From the NCBI GenBank assembly GCA_963815455.1, contig CAWFGO010000003.1, positions 576,001 through 640,000 of the forward strand: a stretch of DNA of 64,000 nt, in the 5' to 3' direction. Position 1 is the stretch's first letter. Every line of letters begins with the position of its first letter. The stretch is from an uncultured Verrucomicrobiae bacterium. GTDB lineage: Bacteria; Verrucomicrobiota; Verrucomicrobiia; Chthoniobacterales; UBA10450. The translations under genes and the position numbers were made by a program. The notes under the pieces were generated by a model. That model did no database searches. It was given only the letters and a program-made list of their open reading frames with translations, and was not told the DNA's origin. Of this stretch, positions 21,353 to 31,158 are shown in pieces.

Positions 21353-21664
21353 CTATTGTCGGCAATTCTCCGCCACCCAACGCAGATAGTCGGGCAAGCC
21401 GTTATCGATCTTCACAAAGACGATTTCGGGAACTTCATAGGAATGAAGCGAACGGAGTTTGTCTTGAAATGCAGATTGTCTGTCTTCGCTCAACTTGAAA
21501 AGGACGAGGGTTTCGTTTCCGGTCTCGATCTTTTCTTTCCAGCGATAAATCGATTCCACGCCCGATAGAATGTTCGCGCAGGCGGCGAACTTTTCCGTGA
21601 CGAGTCGCGTTGAAATTTTTCTCGCTGTTTCAACGTCAGGAAACGTGCTGATCGCAACTGTCAT
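21353..21664 (-). CDS. cutA: Divalent-cation tolerance protein CutA
   Basis: AACANI..VESIYRW and LHSYEVPEI. Confidence 0.92.
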   Translation of the reverse strand: MTVAISTFPDVETARKISTRLVTEKFAACANILSGVESIYRWKEKIETGNETLVLFKLSEDRQSAFQDKLRSLHSYEVPEIVFVKIDNGLPDYLRWVAENCRQ

Positions 21665-21754
21665 TCCGAGCGAAGTCGAGGAATCCCGTTGCATTATCTT
21701 AAGCTACCGCCACGGGATCCTTCGACCCCGAAAGCCTTCGGGGCTCGGGATGAC
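21660..21754. repeat. GTCAT...ATGAC palindromic element
   Basis: GTCATTCCGAGCGAAGTCGAGGAATCCC...GGGATCCTTCGAC...GCTCGGGATGAC; relatives at 12475-12500, 48512-48592 and 49277-49304. Confidence 0.88.
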
Positions 21755-22973
21755 GGTCGGCTCGTGATTCGGTCTGCTTGGCCGGCTCAAAACGGTCAAG
21801 CGCCTCGCTTCGGCAGATCCAGCCGCCACCGAGGACAATGTCGCCGTTGTAGATCACCGCGGCCTGTCCCGGAGTCACGGCGCGTTGTGGCTCGTGCAAA
21901 CGAATCCGGGCTCGATCATTCTCCAATGGCGTGACCGTTGCGTGCGTTCCGGGATGATTGTAGCGGATTTTAGCCGTGGCTTTGATCTCTTTGTTGTAGC
22001 CGGGGTCGTTGACCCCGGCGCCGCGGTCAGCGGTGCGAGCCGCACTGGCATTTCCGGCTACAGGATGCCAGTTCACATTATCGATCTCGAATTCATCCAC
22101 GACCAGGTCGTCGGCGTCGCCGACAATGACGCGATTTGTTTCCGGATCGAGATCGATAACGTAACGCGGCGTGGGCGAACCGCCGGGTAATCCCTTGCGC
22201 TGGCCGATGGTGAACAACTCAATCCCTTCGTGCTCGCCCACAAAATTACCATCGACATCGTAAATCTCGCCGCGATGAAATTCCTTTTCACCGAGATGCG
22301 AGCGCAGGAACGCCTTGTAATCGTTCCCGGGAACGAAACAGATTTCCTGACTGTCGATCTTATCGGCTACTTTTAGGCCTAACGAATGCGCAATCTCGCG
22401 GATTTCCGGCTTTTGCATCGTGCCCAGCGGGGTCAGCGCGCGGCGCAACTGCGGCTGGCGCAGACTAAACAGAAAATACGATTGATCTTTTCGCGGGTCC
22501 ATTCCTTTGCGAAGCACAGCAGTGCGAGCCGCACTGGCATCTCCGGGGTCAGCGCCCCCGGCTACAGTGTGCTCGATGATCGCGTAATGGCCCGTCGCGA
22601 TGTAATCGCATCCTAACGCTTTGGCTTTGCTCCAGAGGTTGCCGAACTTGAGTTTCTCGTTGCACATCACGCACGGATTCGGCGTCCGGCCGGCCTGGTA
22701 TTCGCTCGCGAAATAGTCGATCACCACGCGCTCGAACAAATCGGCCTCATCGACCACGTAATGCGGAAAACCGAGCGAGTGCGCCACGCTACGCGCATCG
22801 GCCACGGCCTGCGGTCCGCAGCATTTGTCTTCCGCGCGCGAGATGCAGTCCTGCGGCCAGACCTTCATCGTCACGCCGATAACTTCGTAGCCCTGTTCGC
22901 GCAGTAAATATCCGGCGACGCTGGAGTCGACTCCACCGCTCATACCGAGCAAAACGCGCTGTTTCCTGTTCAT
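21699..22973 (-). CDS. mnmA: tRNA 2-thiouridylase MnmA with two in-frame repeat-derived insertions
   Basis: MSGGVDSS, TPNPCVMCN, KDQSYFL, DSQEICF and PGQAAV. Confidence 0.96.
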   Translation of the reverse strand: MNRKQRVLLGMSGGVDSSVAGYLLREQGYEVIGVTMKVWPQDCISRAEDKCCGPQAVADARSVAHSLGFPHYVVDEADLFERVVIDYFASEYQAGRTPNPCVMCNEKLKFGNLWSKAKALGCDYIATGHYAIIEHTVAGGADPGDASAARTAVLRKGMDPRKDQSYFLFSLRQPQLRRALTPLGTMQKPEIREIAHSLGLKVADKIDSQEICFVPGNDYKAFLRSHLGEKEFHRGEIYDVDGNFVGEHEGIELFTIGQRKGLPGGSPTPRYVIDLDPETNRVIVGDADDLVVDEFEIDNVNWHPVAGNASAARTADRGAGVNDPGYNKEIKATAKIRYNHPGTHATVTPLENDRARIRLHEPQRAVTPGQAAVIYNGDIVLGGGWICRSEALDRFEPAKQTESRADRHPEPRRLSGSKDPVAVA

Positions 22974-23021
22974 TTCGCGAATGACTCTCGGTCAAGACGT
23001 GCGGGCGTCAACGCTCAGCAT

Positions 23022-23127
23022 TCTGGGGAGAGCAGGCAGTTTGCCTGCAGTCGTCGGCAGCTTGCCGACGACAATTCTTTTCGGCAAGCTGCCGAAAAGC
23101 ACAGGCTGGCAGCCTGTGCTCCCCGGA
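23022..23127. repeat. REP-like inverted doublet (CTGGGGAG...CTCCCC family)
   Basis: Terminal inverted repeats with internal CGGCAGCTTGCCG hairpins; relatives at 42103-42253 and 47518-47671. Confidence 0.85.
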
Positions 23128-23138
23128 TTCATAACGCG

Positions 23139-23705
23139 CTACATCTTCACTGGCCGGCTTACGAACTTGCTCCCGCGCAACGTGAATCGCCAGGGATGGT
23201 GCGCGGACCGGCTAATGCCAATGCGCGCGTCGGCAACAACATCGACATTGGTTTCCGCGCGTTTCACAAAGCAATGCCGCGGATCGGTGCATAAATCCGT
23301 TTCGTGATGCCGACCGGTAATGGCCAGGGCTTGCGCGAGTTTGCCCGGGCCGGAGCAAAGTTGTCGAAGCTCGTTAACGCCACGGCGCTTGCTCATTAGC
23401 CTTATGCCGCGTCGCGGCTCGATCGCACGAAACAAAACAAAGCCGTTTTCTTTGCCCTTGACCAGCACGTTCAACATCCAGTGCATTCCGTAATTGAAAT
23501 AAACGTAGGCAGTGCCGGCACGGTTCCGTTCGATAAACGCGCGCGCGCTCGGCCGGGTAAAAGTATGAGCGGCTTCATCGCCGATGGCGGCATAGGCTTC
23601 GACCTCGACCACGACTCCCGAGCAATGACCCCAGATCAATTCCGCGCCAATTAGTTCGCGCGCGCAGGTCAACGGATCGCGCTGAAAAAACGAAGCGCGG
23701 ATCAT
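23139..23705 (-). CDS. mpg: DNA-3-methyladenine glycosylase
   Basis: EVEAY, YVYFNYGMH, SGPGKL and RIGIS. Confidence 0.93.
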   Translation of the reverse strand: MIRASFFQRDPLTCARELIGAELIWGHCSGVVVEVEAYAAIGDEAAHTFTRPSARAFIERNRAGTAYVYFNYGMHWMLNVLVKGKENGFVLFRAIEPRRGIRLMSKRRGVNELRQLCSGPGKLAQALAITGRHHETDLCTDPRHCFVKRAETNVDVVADARIGISRSAHHPWRFTLRGSKFVSRPVKM

Positions 23706-23735
23706 CCGCTCTGCCGCCCTGCGCCTTGCGATCAC

Positions 23736-24497
23736 CTAGCCGCTAATATTCCAGGGCTTCGGTATGTAGTGAATCGGGAGCGTGATCTTGCTCTCCACCG
23801 GCCGGCCGTCACGAAATGCAGGAACGAATTTCGCGCCTTTGAAATCCTTCAGGGCAGCATCCCCAAAACCTAAAAACGGCGGCTCTTCCGATTTTACTGC
23901 GATCTCTTTCAGAATCCCATTGGCGTCCACACTTAGGGAGAGTTCGACGATGCCGTCCACCTGCACCGCCACATCTGGCGGATAATGGAGCCCGAGGTAT
24001 TTGGATTGGTTGCCGAAGATGGGCTGAGGACTGATGAAATCGCTTTCCTTCTTCAACTCCTCCGGCTCCTGGTTCGAAAAAATACGAAGCCGCGGCTTCC
24101 CATCGACAACCGCGAAAACCACCGTGCCGTAATACACGGCATCGACCGGCTTGGAGTCATAAATTCCGGGAATAAACTTGGCCGTGTCGAGGCGTTTTCC
24201 GAGTTCTTCATTGAGCACCTTCGACCCGGCCGTGCCACGGTAAGTTTCGCTCCAGATCATCCTGCCGTTCTTGTCGACAATGCAAAAAAACATGACTGCC
24301 GCATCTTTTTGGCCCTTCGCCATCAAACTGCTCGTGTCGATCTGATCGATCAGAGAAGTTGGCCCGGTGCCGAGCAAGATCGGCCGGTACTTTGGAACGG
24401 GGGCCACTGGCGGTGAGGGAGTTGTCGAAACGGACTGTGATGACGCAACATCGACAGCAAACAACAAGGCCATAGCTGGAAATGCCAAAAAACGCAT
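23736..24497 (-). CDS. Secreted protein with TonB C-terminal-like domains
   Basis: Signal peptide; VDANG...GFGDAAL..KFVPAFRDGRPV. Confidence 0.7.
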   Translation of the reverse strand: MRFLAFPAMALLFAVDVASSQSVSTTPSPPVAPVPKYRPILLGTGPTSLIDQIDTSSLMAKGQKDAAVMFFCIVDKNGRMIWSETYRGTAGSKVLNEELGKRLDTAKFIPGIYDSKPVDAVYYGTVVFAVVDGKPRLRIFSNQEPEELKKESDFISPQPIFGNQSKYLGLHYPPDVAVQVDGIVELSLSVDANGILKEIAVKSEEPPFLGFGDAALKDFKGAKFVPAFRDGRPVESKITLPIHYIPKPWNISG

Positions 24498-24542
24498 GGA
24501 CAGATACGCAAGCGGAACGTTTCTGCTTTGCAAGGGCAAATT

Positions 24543-24648
24543 CTGTAGCCGCCTCGTCCGCCAATGGACAGACTCGCTGTGGCGAGCTGGGTCGAGGCGC
24601 GGCCCGATCCCTTGCCGCTAAACACGGCGGCGGAGCGCCGTGGCTACA
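24543..24648. repeat. GTAG-type REP doublet
   Basis: TGTAGCCGCCTCG...CGTGGCTACA with internal hairpins. Confidence 0.7.
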
Positions 24649-24675
24649 ACTATTATACGATGGCTTCTGACAAAC

Positions 24676-26301
24676 TCAGGCTGCAACCGGCCATGCCCCG
24701 GCAGCCGCAATCTTGTGCACGATTTTGTGGCGTCGGAAATACTCGATCAGCGCATCGCGGGTTTGGACGGGATGAAACGTGCAGTTTGAAGCCGGCAACT
24801 CAAGCAATCGGCGCAAGGTCATGAAACGATGGCCGGCGCTGCGGGAATCGAAGCTGTTGAACGCGATCACGTATTTCCGGCCATTCTCCAGCGGTGCTCC
24901 GTCTTCGAGCGAGATGCCGGTGATCCGCCGCTCGCTCCCTAAGCCTTCGCTGCGAACCGACAGGCCTATCAAATTTCGATCCTCCCGGCTCCGAAACACT
25001 TCTTCCATCACCGCGACGATTTCATCCCGCGTCAGCTCGCCGGTTACGGTATAATTTTCGTAAGGAAGAACGTTCCAGATATCCCTCACCGTTTTCGGGC
25101 CGGCGACAAAATCGTGTTCGTCATCGAAAATGCCATGCATCGCTCCATCGACATGCGCGCCGCGCTGACGCAGCGATTCCAGAATAGCTGCACCAATCAA
25201 TGCTTCCACATCGCTCGGCTGACCAGGGTGACTGCGCACGCGCAGGGTGTCGGCCAACTCGCCTATCGGTTCAGACAATGCCACCTCGGATTCGGCCAGC
25301 AGCGATTTGGTCCGCGACAGGACGACATGATCGCGGCGAACACGACGATCCATTAATTCGCAAGATGCCTGTCGCTCCAGCAGCTTTTTCGAACGCCTAT
25401 CGAAGACTAAATCGACGCGCCCTGCATGAATGCCGAAGTGGTCGGCCTGCGTAAGAAGCACACCGTTCACGATGCGACTCGGGATTGTCTGATGGGTGTG
25501 CCCGGCAATGAACACTGCGGTCTCGGGAAACTCCGAAGTTAACGCCGTCACATTATTCGCAAAATCATCGCCGCCCGTGCGGGCCTTCAAACCCATGTGA
25601 CCGCTCAGAACAATGGCATCGGCGCCGTCTGCCTTGGCCCGCGCGATCGCGCGACGGACCGGCGCGACCGGATTCTCGAAGTCGATCCCACGGGTAAATT
25701 CGGGCCGAAACCAAAATGGCATCCCGGGCGTCGTCACCCCGATGATTGCAATCCTAATTCCCGCGATCTCTTTTATTATGAACGGCTGAATTTTCGCGAA
25801 GGGATGTTTCGCATCGGAAAACGCGCCGGCTGGTTTTCCCTCCAGCAAAGTGTTCGCAGCCAGGATTGGCATCGCCGATCTGGCCAGCGTTTGCTGGAAC
25901 GGCTCGATCCCCCAATCGAACTCGTGGTTCCCGAGAATCCAGGCGTCGTATTCGAGATGATTGAAAAGATCGATCATTAACTCACCCTTGCTGCGCAGGC
26001 CGATCTCAGTGCCCTGATAGACATCGCCTACATCGATCAAAATCGAGTTCCGGTTTTGCCGGCGCCAATGCCGAATTTGCGTAACGCACCGGGCGAATCC
26101 GCCGCGATCCGGGTTTCCCTCGTAATCGGAGGTCGGCAGAATGTGCCCGTGTAAATCCGTCGTGTGCAAGATCGAGATGCGCACCGTATCGGAGTGGAGC
26201 CGCACGGCACTCGGCAGAGTTGGGACTGCGCTCATCAAACCCGCTTGCCCAACGAGTTTCAAAAATTCGCGTCGAGTCCAGAATTTGTCCGGATCAAACA
26301 T
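24676..26301 (-). CDS. Tat-exported 5'-nucleotidase / metallophosphoesterase
   Basis: TRREFLK signal; TTDLHG, DVGD, GNHEFD and AGHTH. Confidence 0.92.
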   Translation of the reverse strand: MFDPDKFWTRREFLKLVGQAGLMSAVPTLPSAVRLHSDTVRISILHTTDLHGHILPTSDYEGNPDRGGFARCVTQIRHWRRQNRNSILIDVGDVYQGTEIGLRSKGELMIDLFNHLEYDAWILGNHEFDWGIEPFQQTLARSAMPILAANTLLEGKPAGAFSDAKHPFAKIQPFIIKEIAGIRIAIIGVTTPGMPFWFRPEFTRGIDFENPVAPVRRAIARAKADGADAIVLSGHMGLKARTGGDDFANNVTALTSEFPETAVFIAGHTHQTIPSRIVNGVLLTQADHFGIHAGRVDLVFDRRSKKLLERQASCELMDRRVRRDHVVLSRTKSLLAESEVALSEPIGELADTLRVRSHPGQPSDVEALIGAAILESLRQRGAHVDGAMHGIFDDEHDFVAGPKTVRDIWNVLPYENYTVTGELTRDEIVAVMEEVFRSREDRNLIGLSVRSEGLGSERRITGISLEDGAPLENGRKYVIAFNSFDSRSAGHRFMTLRRLLELPASNCTFHPVQTRDALIEYFRRHKIVHKIAAAGAWPVAA

Positions 26302-26406
26302 CGCTTTCTCCCTTCGCATCCTACCGATTGGCTCCCTGTTATCTCAAGGAAAATGCCGGGCTCGCTTTTCTTGACCGCATCACATTTCCAGACATGGTGG
26401 TTCATT

Positions 26407-27800
26407 ATGCTCCAGAAAAATTCCATCGAAGAATTTCGAGCCAAGCCTGCGCGGAACCCTCACGCAACCAGGCGATAAGGATTACGATGAGGCTCGCAAG
26501 GTTTACAACGCGATGATCGACAAAAAGCCGCGCCTGATCGCGCGGTGCGCGGACGTGGCGGACATCATTCACTGCATAAACTTTGCCCGAGAAAACAACG
26601 TCCTGGTTTCTGTCCGCGGAGGCGGACATAACGCGGGAGGTCTGGGAATTTGCGACGACGGCCTCGTTATCGATCTCGCGCCGATCAAGTACCTCCCGTG
26701 TCGATCCGGCGGCGCGCACAGTCACCGTGGGAGGCGGATGCACGTGGGGAGATGTCGATCATGCCACGCATGCATTCGGTCTCGCGACTCCGAGCGGCGT
26801 TATTTCGACCACGGGCGTTGGAGGTTTGACCCTCGGTGGCGGAGTCGGGCATCTCACCCGCAAATGCGGGCTCACGATCGACAATCTACTTTCAGCCGAC
26901 GTTGTTTTGGCGAACGGGAGCTTTGTAAAAGCCAATGCCGAAGAGAACAGCGATCTGTTCTGGGCCATCCGGGGCGGCGGCGGAAACTTCGGCATCGTAA
27001 CCGCTTTCACGTTCAAGCTGCATCCCATCGACACGATTTACGGCGGCCCGATGCTGTACGAATTGAGCGAAGCGGCGGATGTGATGAAATGGTATCGCAA
27101 ATTGATACCAGCCGCTTCCGACGATTTGAGCGGTTTTTTCGCCTTCTTGACCGTGCCGCCGGGGCCGCCTTTCCCCGAACACCTTCACCTGAAGAAAATG
27201 TGCGGCGTGGTTTGGGCCTACACCGGTCCGCAGGCGAACGCGGAGGAAACATTCAAACCGATCCGCTCGTTCAAGAAGCCGGCCCTGGACTTTGTCGGCC
27301 CGCTGCCACATCCGGCGCTGCAAAGCATGTTCGATCCAATATATCCCCCGGGACTGCAATGGTACTGGCGCGCGGATTTCGTGAACGAACTGAGCGATGA
27401 AGCGATCGCGCAATATGTTCGTTTTGGTGAAAAGCTGCCCTCAATGCACTCCACCATGCATCTTTATCCCATTAATGGCGCCGCGGCGCGCGTCGACAAG
27501 AAGGCAACGGCCTGGAATTATCGCGGCGCGAACTGGGCGCAGGTGATCGTGGGTGTCGATCCCGACCCGGCCAATAAACAGAAAATCATTTCCTGGACGA
27601 AGGACTACTACGATGCCGTGCATCCGTTTTCGGCAGGCGGCGCGTATGTAAACTTTCTAATGGGCGACGAAGGCGAAGAGCGGGTTAAGAAAACCTACGG
27701 CGACAATTACGACCGGCTGGTGGCAGTGAAACAGAAATACGATCCGCAAAATTTCTTTCGAGTGAACCAGAACATCAAGCCCAACGGCAAAGCCGGATGA
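26407..27800 (+). CDS. FAD-binding oxidoreductase (BBE-like) with two frameshifts near 26446 and 26693
   Basis: VRGGGHN, GLTLGGG, LFWAIRGGGGNFG, YVNF and KYDPQNFF. Confidence 0.9.
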
Positions 27801-28309
27801 CCGCGGATCAATTGAAGGCGTTGCAGGCGCCGATCAAAGATCGCTATCGACAAAATCCGGAAGCCGCGTTGGTCACACTCCGAGCCGAGGGACGAATCGG
27901 CGAAAATGTCACCTGCAAAATCGAGACGGGAAAAGCGCGCGTGGAGGCCGGGCTCCATCCGGCAACGGGAGGCGACGGGAGCAGTGCGTGCTCGGCCGAT
28001 ATGCTGTTGGAAGCGCTGGTGAGTTGCGCGGGCGTGACGCTCGGCGCCGTCGCGACGGCCCTGGGAATCCAATTGCGGGACGCGACGATTCGGGCCGAGG
28101 GCGATCTCGATTTTCGCGGAACCCTCGGCGTATCCAAAGAGGCGCCCGTTGGATACGGCCAGATTCGATTACAATTCGATTTGGATACGGATGCCAGTGA
28201 AGAACAGATCGCCACATTGATTCGCCTGACCGAAAGGTACTGCGTCGTTTACCAAACGTTAAATATGCCGCCAAAAATCGTCGTGAACCACCGGGCAAAA
28301 CCGTCATGA
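27797..28309 (+). CDS. OsmC family protein
   Basis: LLEALVSCAG, DFRGTLGV and ERYCVVYQTL. Confidence 0.9.
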   Translation: MTADQLKALQAPIKDRYRQNPEAALVTLRAEGRIGENVTCKIETGKARVEAGLHPATGGDGSSACSADMLLEALVSCAGVTLGAVATALGIQLRDATIRAEGDLDFRGTLGVSKEAPVGYGQIRLQFDLDTDASEEQIATLIRLTERYCVVYQTLNMPPKIVVNHRAKPS

Positions 28310-28368
28310 AATCCCGTGCTACCGCGCATCTTGTCCGGGCCGAGATCGTACCGTAGCTTCGCCTCGCC

Positions 28369-29205
28369 ATGCCGCTCTACATGGACATCCACGAACTCGG
28401 GCCGGGCGTCACCCCCGAAGATGTGGCCAAGGCCCATGCCCACGATCTCGAAGTGCAGGGCAAATACGGCGTCAATTACAGCAAGTACTGGGTCAACCAG
28501 AAAGCCGGAAAAGTTTTCTGCCTCTGCCATGCCCCAAACGCTGATGCCGCGGTCCAGGTCCACCGCGAAGCTCACGGTTTGATCGCCGAAAAACTCATTC
28601 AAGTCGAGCCCGACGTGGCCGATTTGTTTCTCGGCAGCAGTGAAGTGAACTCGGCCGGGGCGGTGGTGCTGTCGGATGCGGCGGCCGATGAGCGCGACCC
28701 CGGGATTCGCACGATTCTTTTCACCGACATTGTCGATTCGACAGGCTTGACCCAAAGACTGGGCGACGACGATGCCATGGCTCTACTCGATATCCATAAT
28801 GACGTTGTTCGAAAAGCGCTGTCCAATTCCGGCGGCCGCGAGGTGAAGCACACGGGCGACGGTATCATGGCCTCTTTCGTATCAGCGGCAGCCGCCGTAA
28901 GATGCGCCGCTCAAATCCAGCGCGATTTAGCCAGGCTGATGGAAGATCAAGGAGAACGTACGTTTAAAGTCCGGATCGGCGCCGCCGCCGGGGAACCGGT
29001 CGAACAACATGACGATCTTTTTGGTTGCACCGTGCAACTCGCAGCCCGGCTCTGCTCCTCTGCTTCAGCCGAGCAAATCGTGGTCTCGAACGCGATCGCC
29101 GAACTTTGCCTGGGCAAAGGAATTTCATTTCAAGACATGGGTGAGCTTCCCTTGAAAGGGTTCGATCGCCCGGTCCGGGCTCACTCGGTGATATGGGCCG
29201 GCTAG
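28369..29205 (+). CDS. DUF4242 domain fused to a class III nucleotide cyclase
   Basis: MPLYMDIH..AHAHDL..VHREAHG followed by FTDIVDST, VKHTGDG and VQLAARL. Confidence 0.88.
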   Translation: MPLYMDIHELGPGVTPEDVAKAHAHDLEVQGKYGVNYSKYWVNQKAGKVFCLCHAPNADAAVQVHREAHGLIAEKLIQVEPDVADLFLGSSEVNSAGAVVLSDAAADERDPGIRTILFTDIVDSTGLTQRLGDDDAMALLDIHNDVVRKALSNSGGREVKHTGDGIMASFVSAAAAVRCAAQIQRDLARLMEDQGERTFKVRIGAAAGEPVEQHDDLFGCTVQLAARLCSSASAEQIVVSNAIAELCLGKGISFQDMGELPLKGFDRPVRAHSVIWAG

Positions 29206-29229
29206 TCTTGTTAGGCTGCGTTTTCGTCC

Positions 29230-29640
29230 ATGCAGCTTGAAGGCATCGACCATGTGGCCTTAAGCGTTCGTGATGTCGAACGTTCCGCCCAATGGTACAT
29301 CGATGTGCTGGGATTTGAGAGAAAACACCAGGATGTCTGGGGTGGAATTCCCACTTTCATCGCCAAAGGCAGCACCGCGATTGCTTTGTTCCCGATAAAC
29401 GCAACCGCAGAATCGACAACCCTGGGGGCCGTAGCCTCGGCGAAGGTGGCGTCGGCTCCAGCCCCGATCCGAATGCTTCATCTGGCCTTTCGCGCCGGCC
29501 GGGAAAACTTCCGTGCGGCCCAGGAGGAACTCAAGCACCGTGGAATCAAATTCGAGTTCAAGGATCACGAAATTTCGCACTCAATCTATTTCAGCGATCC
29601 CGACGGCCACAAATTAGAGATCACGACTTACGAAATCTGA
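29230..29640 (+). CDS. VOC family protein
   Basis: IDHVALSVRD, HLAF and YFSDPDGHKLEI. Confidence 0.92.
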   Translation: MQLEGIDHVALSVRDVERSAQWYIDVLGFERKHQDVWGGIPTFIAKGSTAIALFPINATAESTTLGAVASAKVASAPAPIRMLHLAFRAGRENFRAAQEELKHRGIKFEFKDHEISHSIYFSDPDGHKLEITTYEI

Positions 29641-29752
29641 TTGCGGCTCGCTGCGAATTGTGCGGAAATACGCCCAGGGGCAACCGATGGATCTTTCAGT
29701 GCGCGGGGTTCAATAAATCAGGGACGTTTAACCAACCACAAAACTCTTACTC

Positions 29753-30973
29753 ATGCCGGACGATAAACCAGAGGAACGACGGCACCCGCGACAAAAAGCG
29801 ATCAGCCCGCAACTGCGCCGTTTTCTAGGGCCGGCCCGCTCCGTTCACGATCAGCCGCCAACAAAGCCCAAGCCCGAACCGGCTCCGCCCCCGGAACGCG
29901 AGACAGACGAACCCAGCCCGGCTCCGCCCGAGTTCGAAGAAAAGATCCAATCGCCGAGCCCGGAGTTCGCCGACGAAAACGTAGCCGAATCCGAACCCGA
30001 GTCCGAGCCCCAGCGGCGGCCCACCGGGACTGGAGTTGCCCTGGCTCCGGCCCGGGAACTGTCGCGCAAGATCGAGATGCAAACCGTTTTCCTCATCATC
30101 GGAGGTCTGTTCCTCCTGGCCGGCATGTTCTACGTCGGCAAGAAATTCGAATACTGGAAGTACCTCATCACCTCCCGGAACAAACCGCAGTTGTCCAGCA
30201 TCGTGCCCGACAAATTCCAGGGCCTGACCGCCGATGAACTGGTCGAGCAAGCGCTCGCCGCTCAGCGCCTCGGCAACTGGCAGGAAGCAGCCGAACGATT
30301 CTTCGCCGCCAAACGCAAGAACACTGCCTACCGCGGTCTCCTGTTTCGCGTCGGCAAACTTCATTACGACCACGGCGAGTTCGACACCGCGGACAAGTTG
30401 TTTGAAAAATCCGTCGCCTTTGGCGAGAACGTCGATACCGCAAGTTTTCTGCGCGGGCTGATCGCCGTGGGCCGCAGCAACTTCGCCGCCGCCGAACGTT
30501 TCTTCGAGGCCGCGGCCAACGCCGAGCCATTAATGCCGGCTTATCCTTACTATTGGGCGGAAGCGATCCGGCGCGATCACCAGCCGCTGGAAGCAATCCC
30601 GGTCTACGAGCGGGCGTTACGCCGCTTCGATACCGACCAGGAACGGACCATATGCAATTTCAAGATTCGCATGGCCATGATCGAAGCCGGCCAGACCGCG
30701 CCGCTCAGTGTTGAGATCGACGCCAAACAACAAGCCGGCCCGTTACCGGTGGACTGGCTCATGACCGCCGCCGCGATTCATATCCGCGAGGGAAACATTG
30801 CCGAAGCGTTACCCCTCATCGAAAAAGCGCGTAACACCGACCGGGCCAATTTGTACAGCCTGTTCGCCTCATGCACCGGCGACATGTTCTTCGCCGCCGC
30901 CAGCGTAAGAAATCCCGAAATCGCCCAAGCCTGCCAAATCCAGACGCCCCCCACCGGATCGCCCCCGCGCTAA
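29753..30973 (+). CDS. Membrane-anchored TPR-like protein
   Basis: Pro/Glu-rich N-terminus, one TM segment, helical repeats. Confidence 0.75.
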   Translation: MPDDKPEERRHPRQKAISPQLRRFLGPARSVHDQPPTKPKPEPAPPPERETDEPSPAPPEFEEKIQSPSPEFADENVAESEPESEPQRRPTGTGVALAPARELSRKIEMQTVFLIIGGLFLLAGMFYVGKKFEYWKYLITSRNKPQLSSIVPDKFQGLTADELVEQALAAQRLGNWQEAAERFFAAKRKNTAYRGLLFRVGKLHYDHGEFDTADKLFEKSVAFGENVDTASFLRGLIAVGRSNFAAAERFFEAAANAEPLMPAYPYYWAEAIRRDHQPLEAIPVYERALRRFDTDQERTICNFKIRMAMIEAGQTAPLSVEIDAKQQAGPLPVDWLMTAAAIHIREGNIAEALPLIEKARNTDRANLYSLFASCTGDMFFAAASVRNPEIAQACQIQTPPTGSPPR

Positions 30974-31158
30974 GCGCAAAGGCAATCACGAGCTGAATCT
31001 AACAGTTTTGAATTGCACAGGAACGGACCCGGCTGGCAAACTGCCGGACATGTTCGACAATCCCACCGTCCCCCGCCAAGAGGCCACTGGATTAGGCCGA
31101 ATCATTCCCCTTTTCCCACGAAATTGCCGAATAATTCGGCCCACTCCTCGTTAGACCT

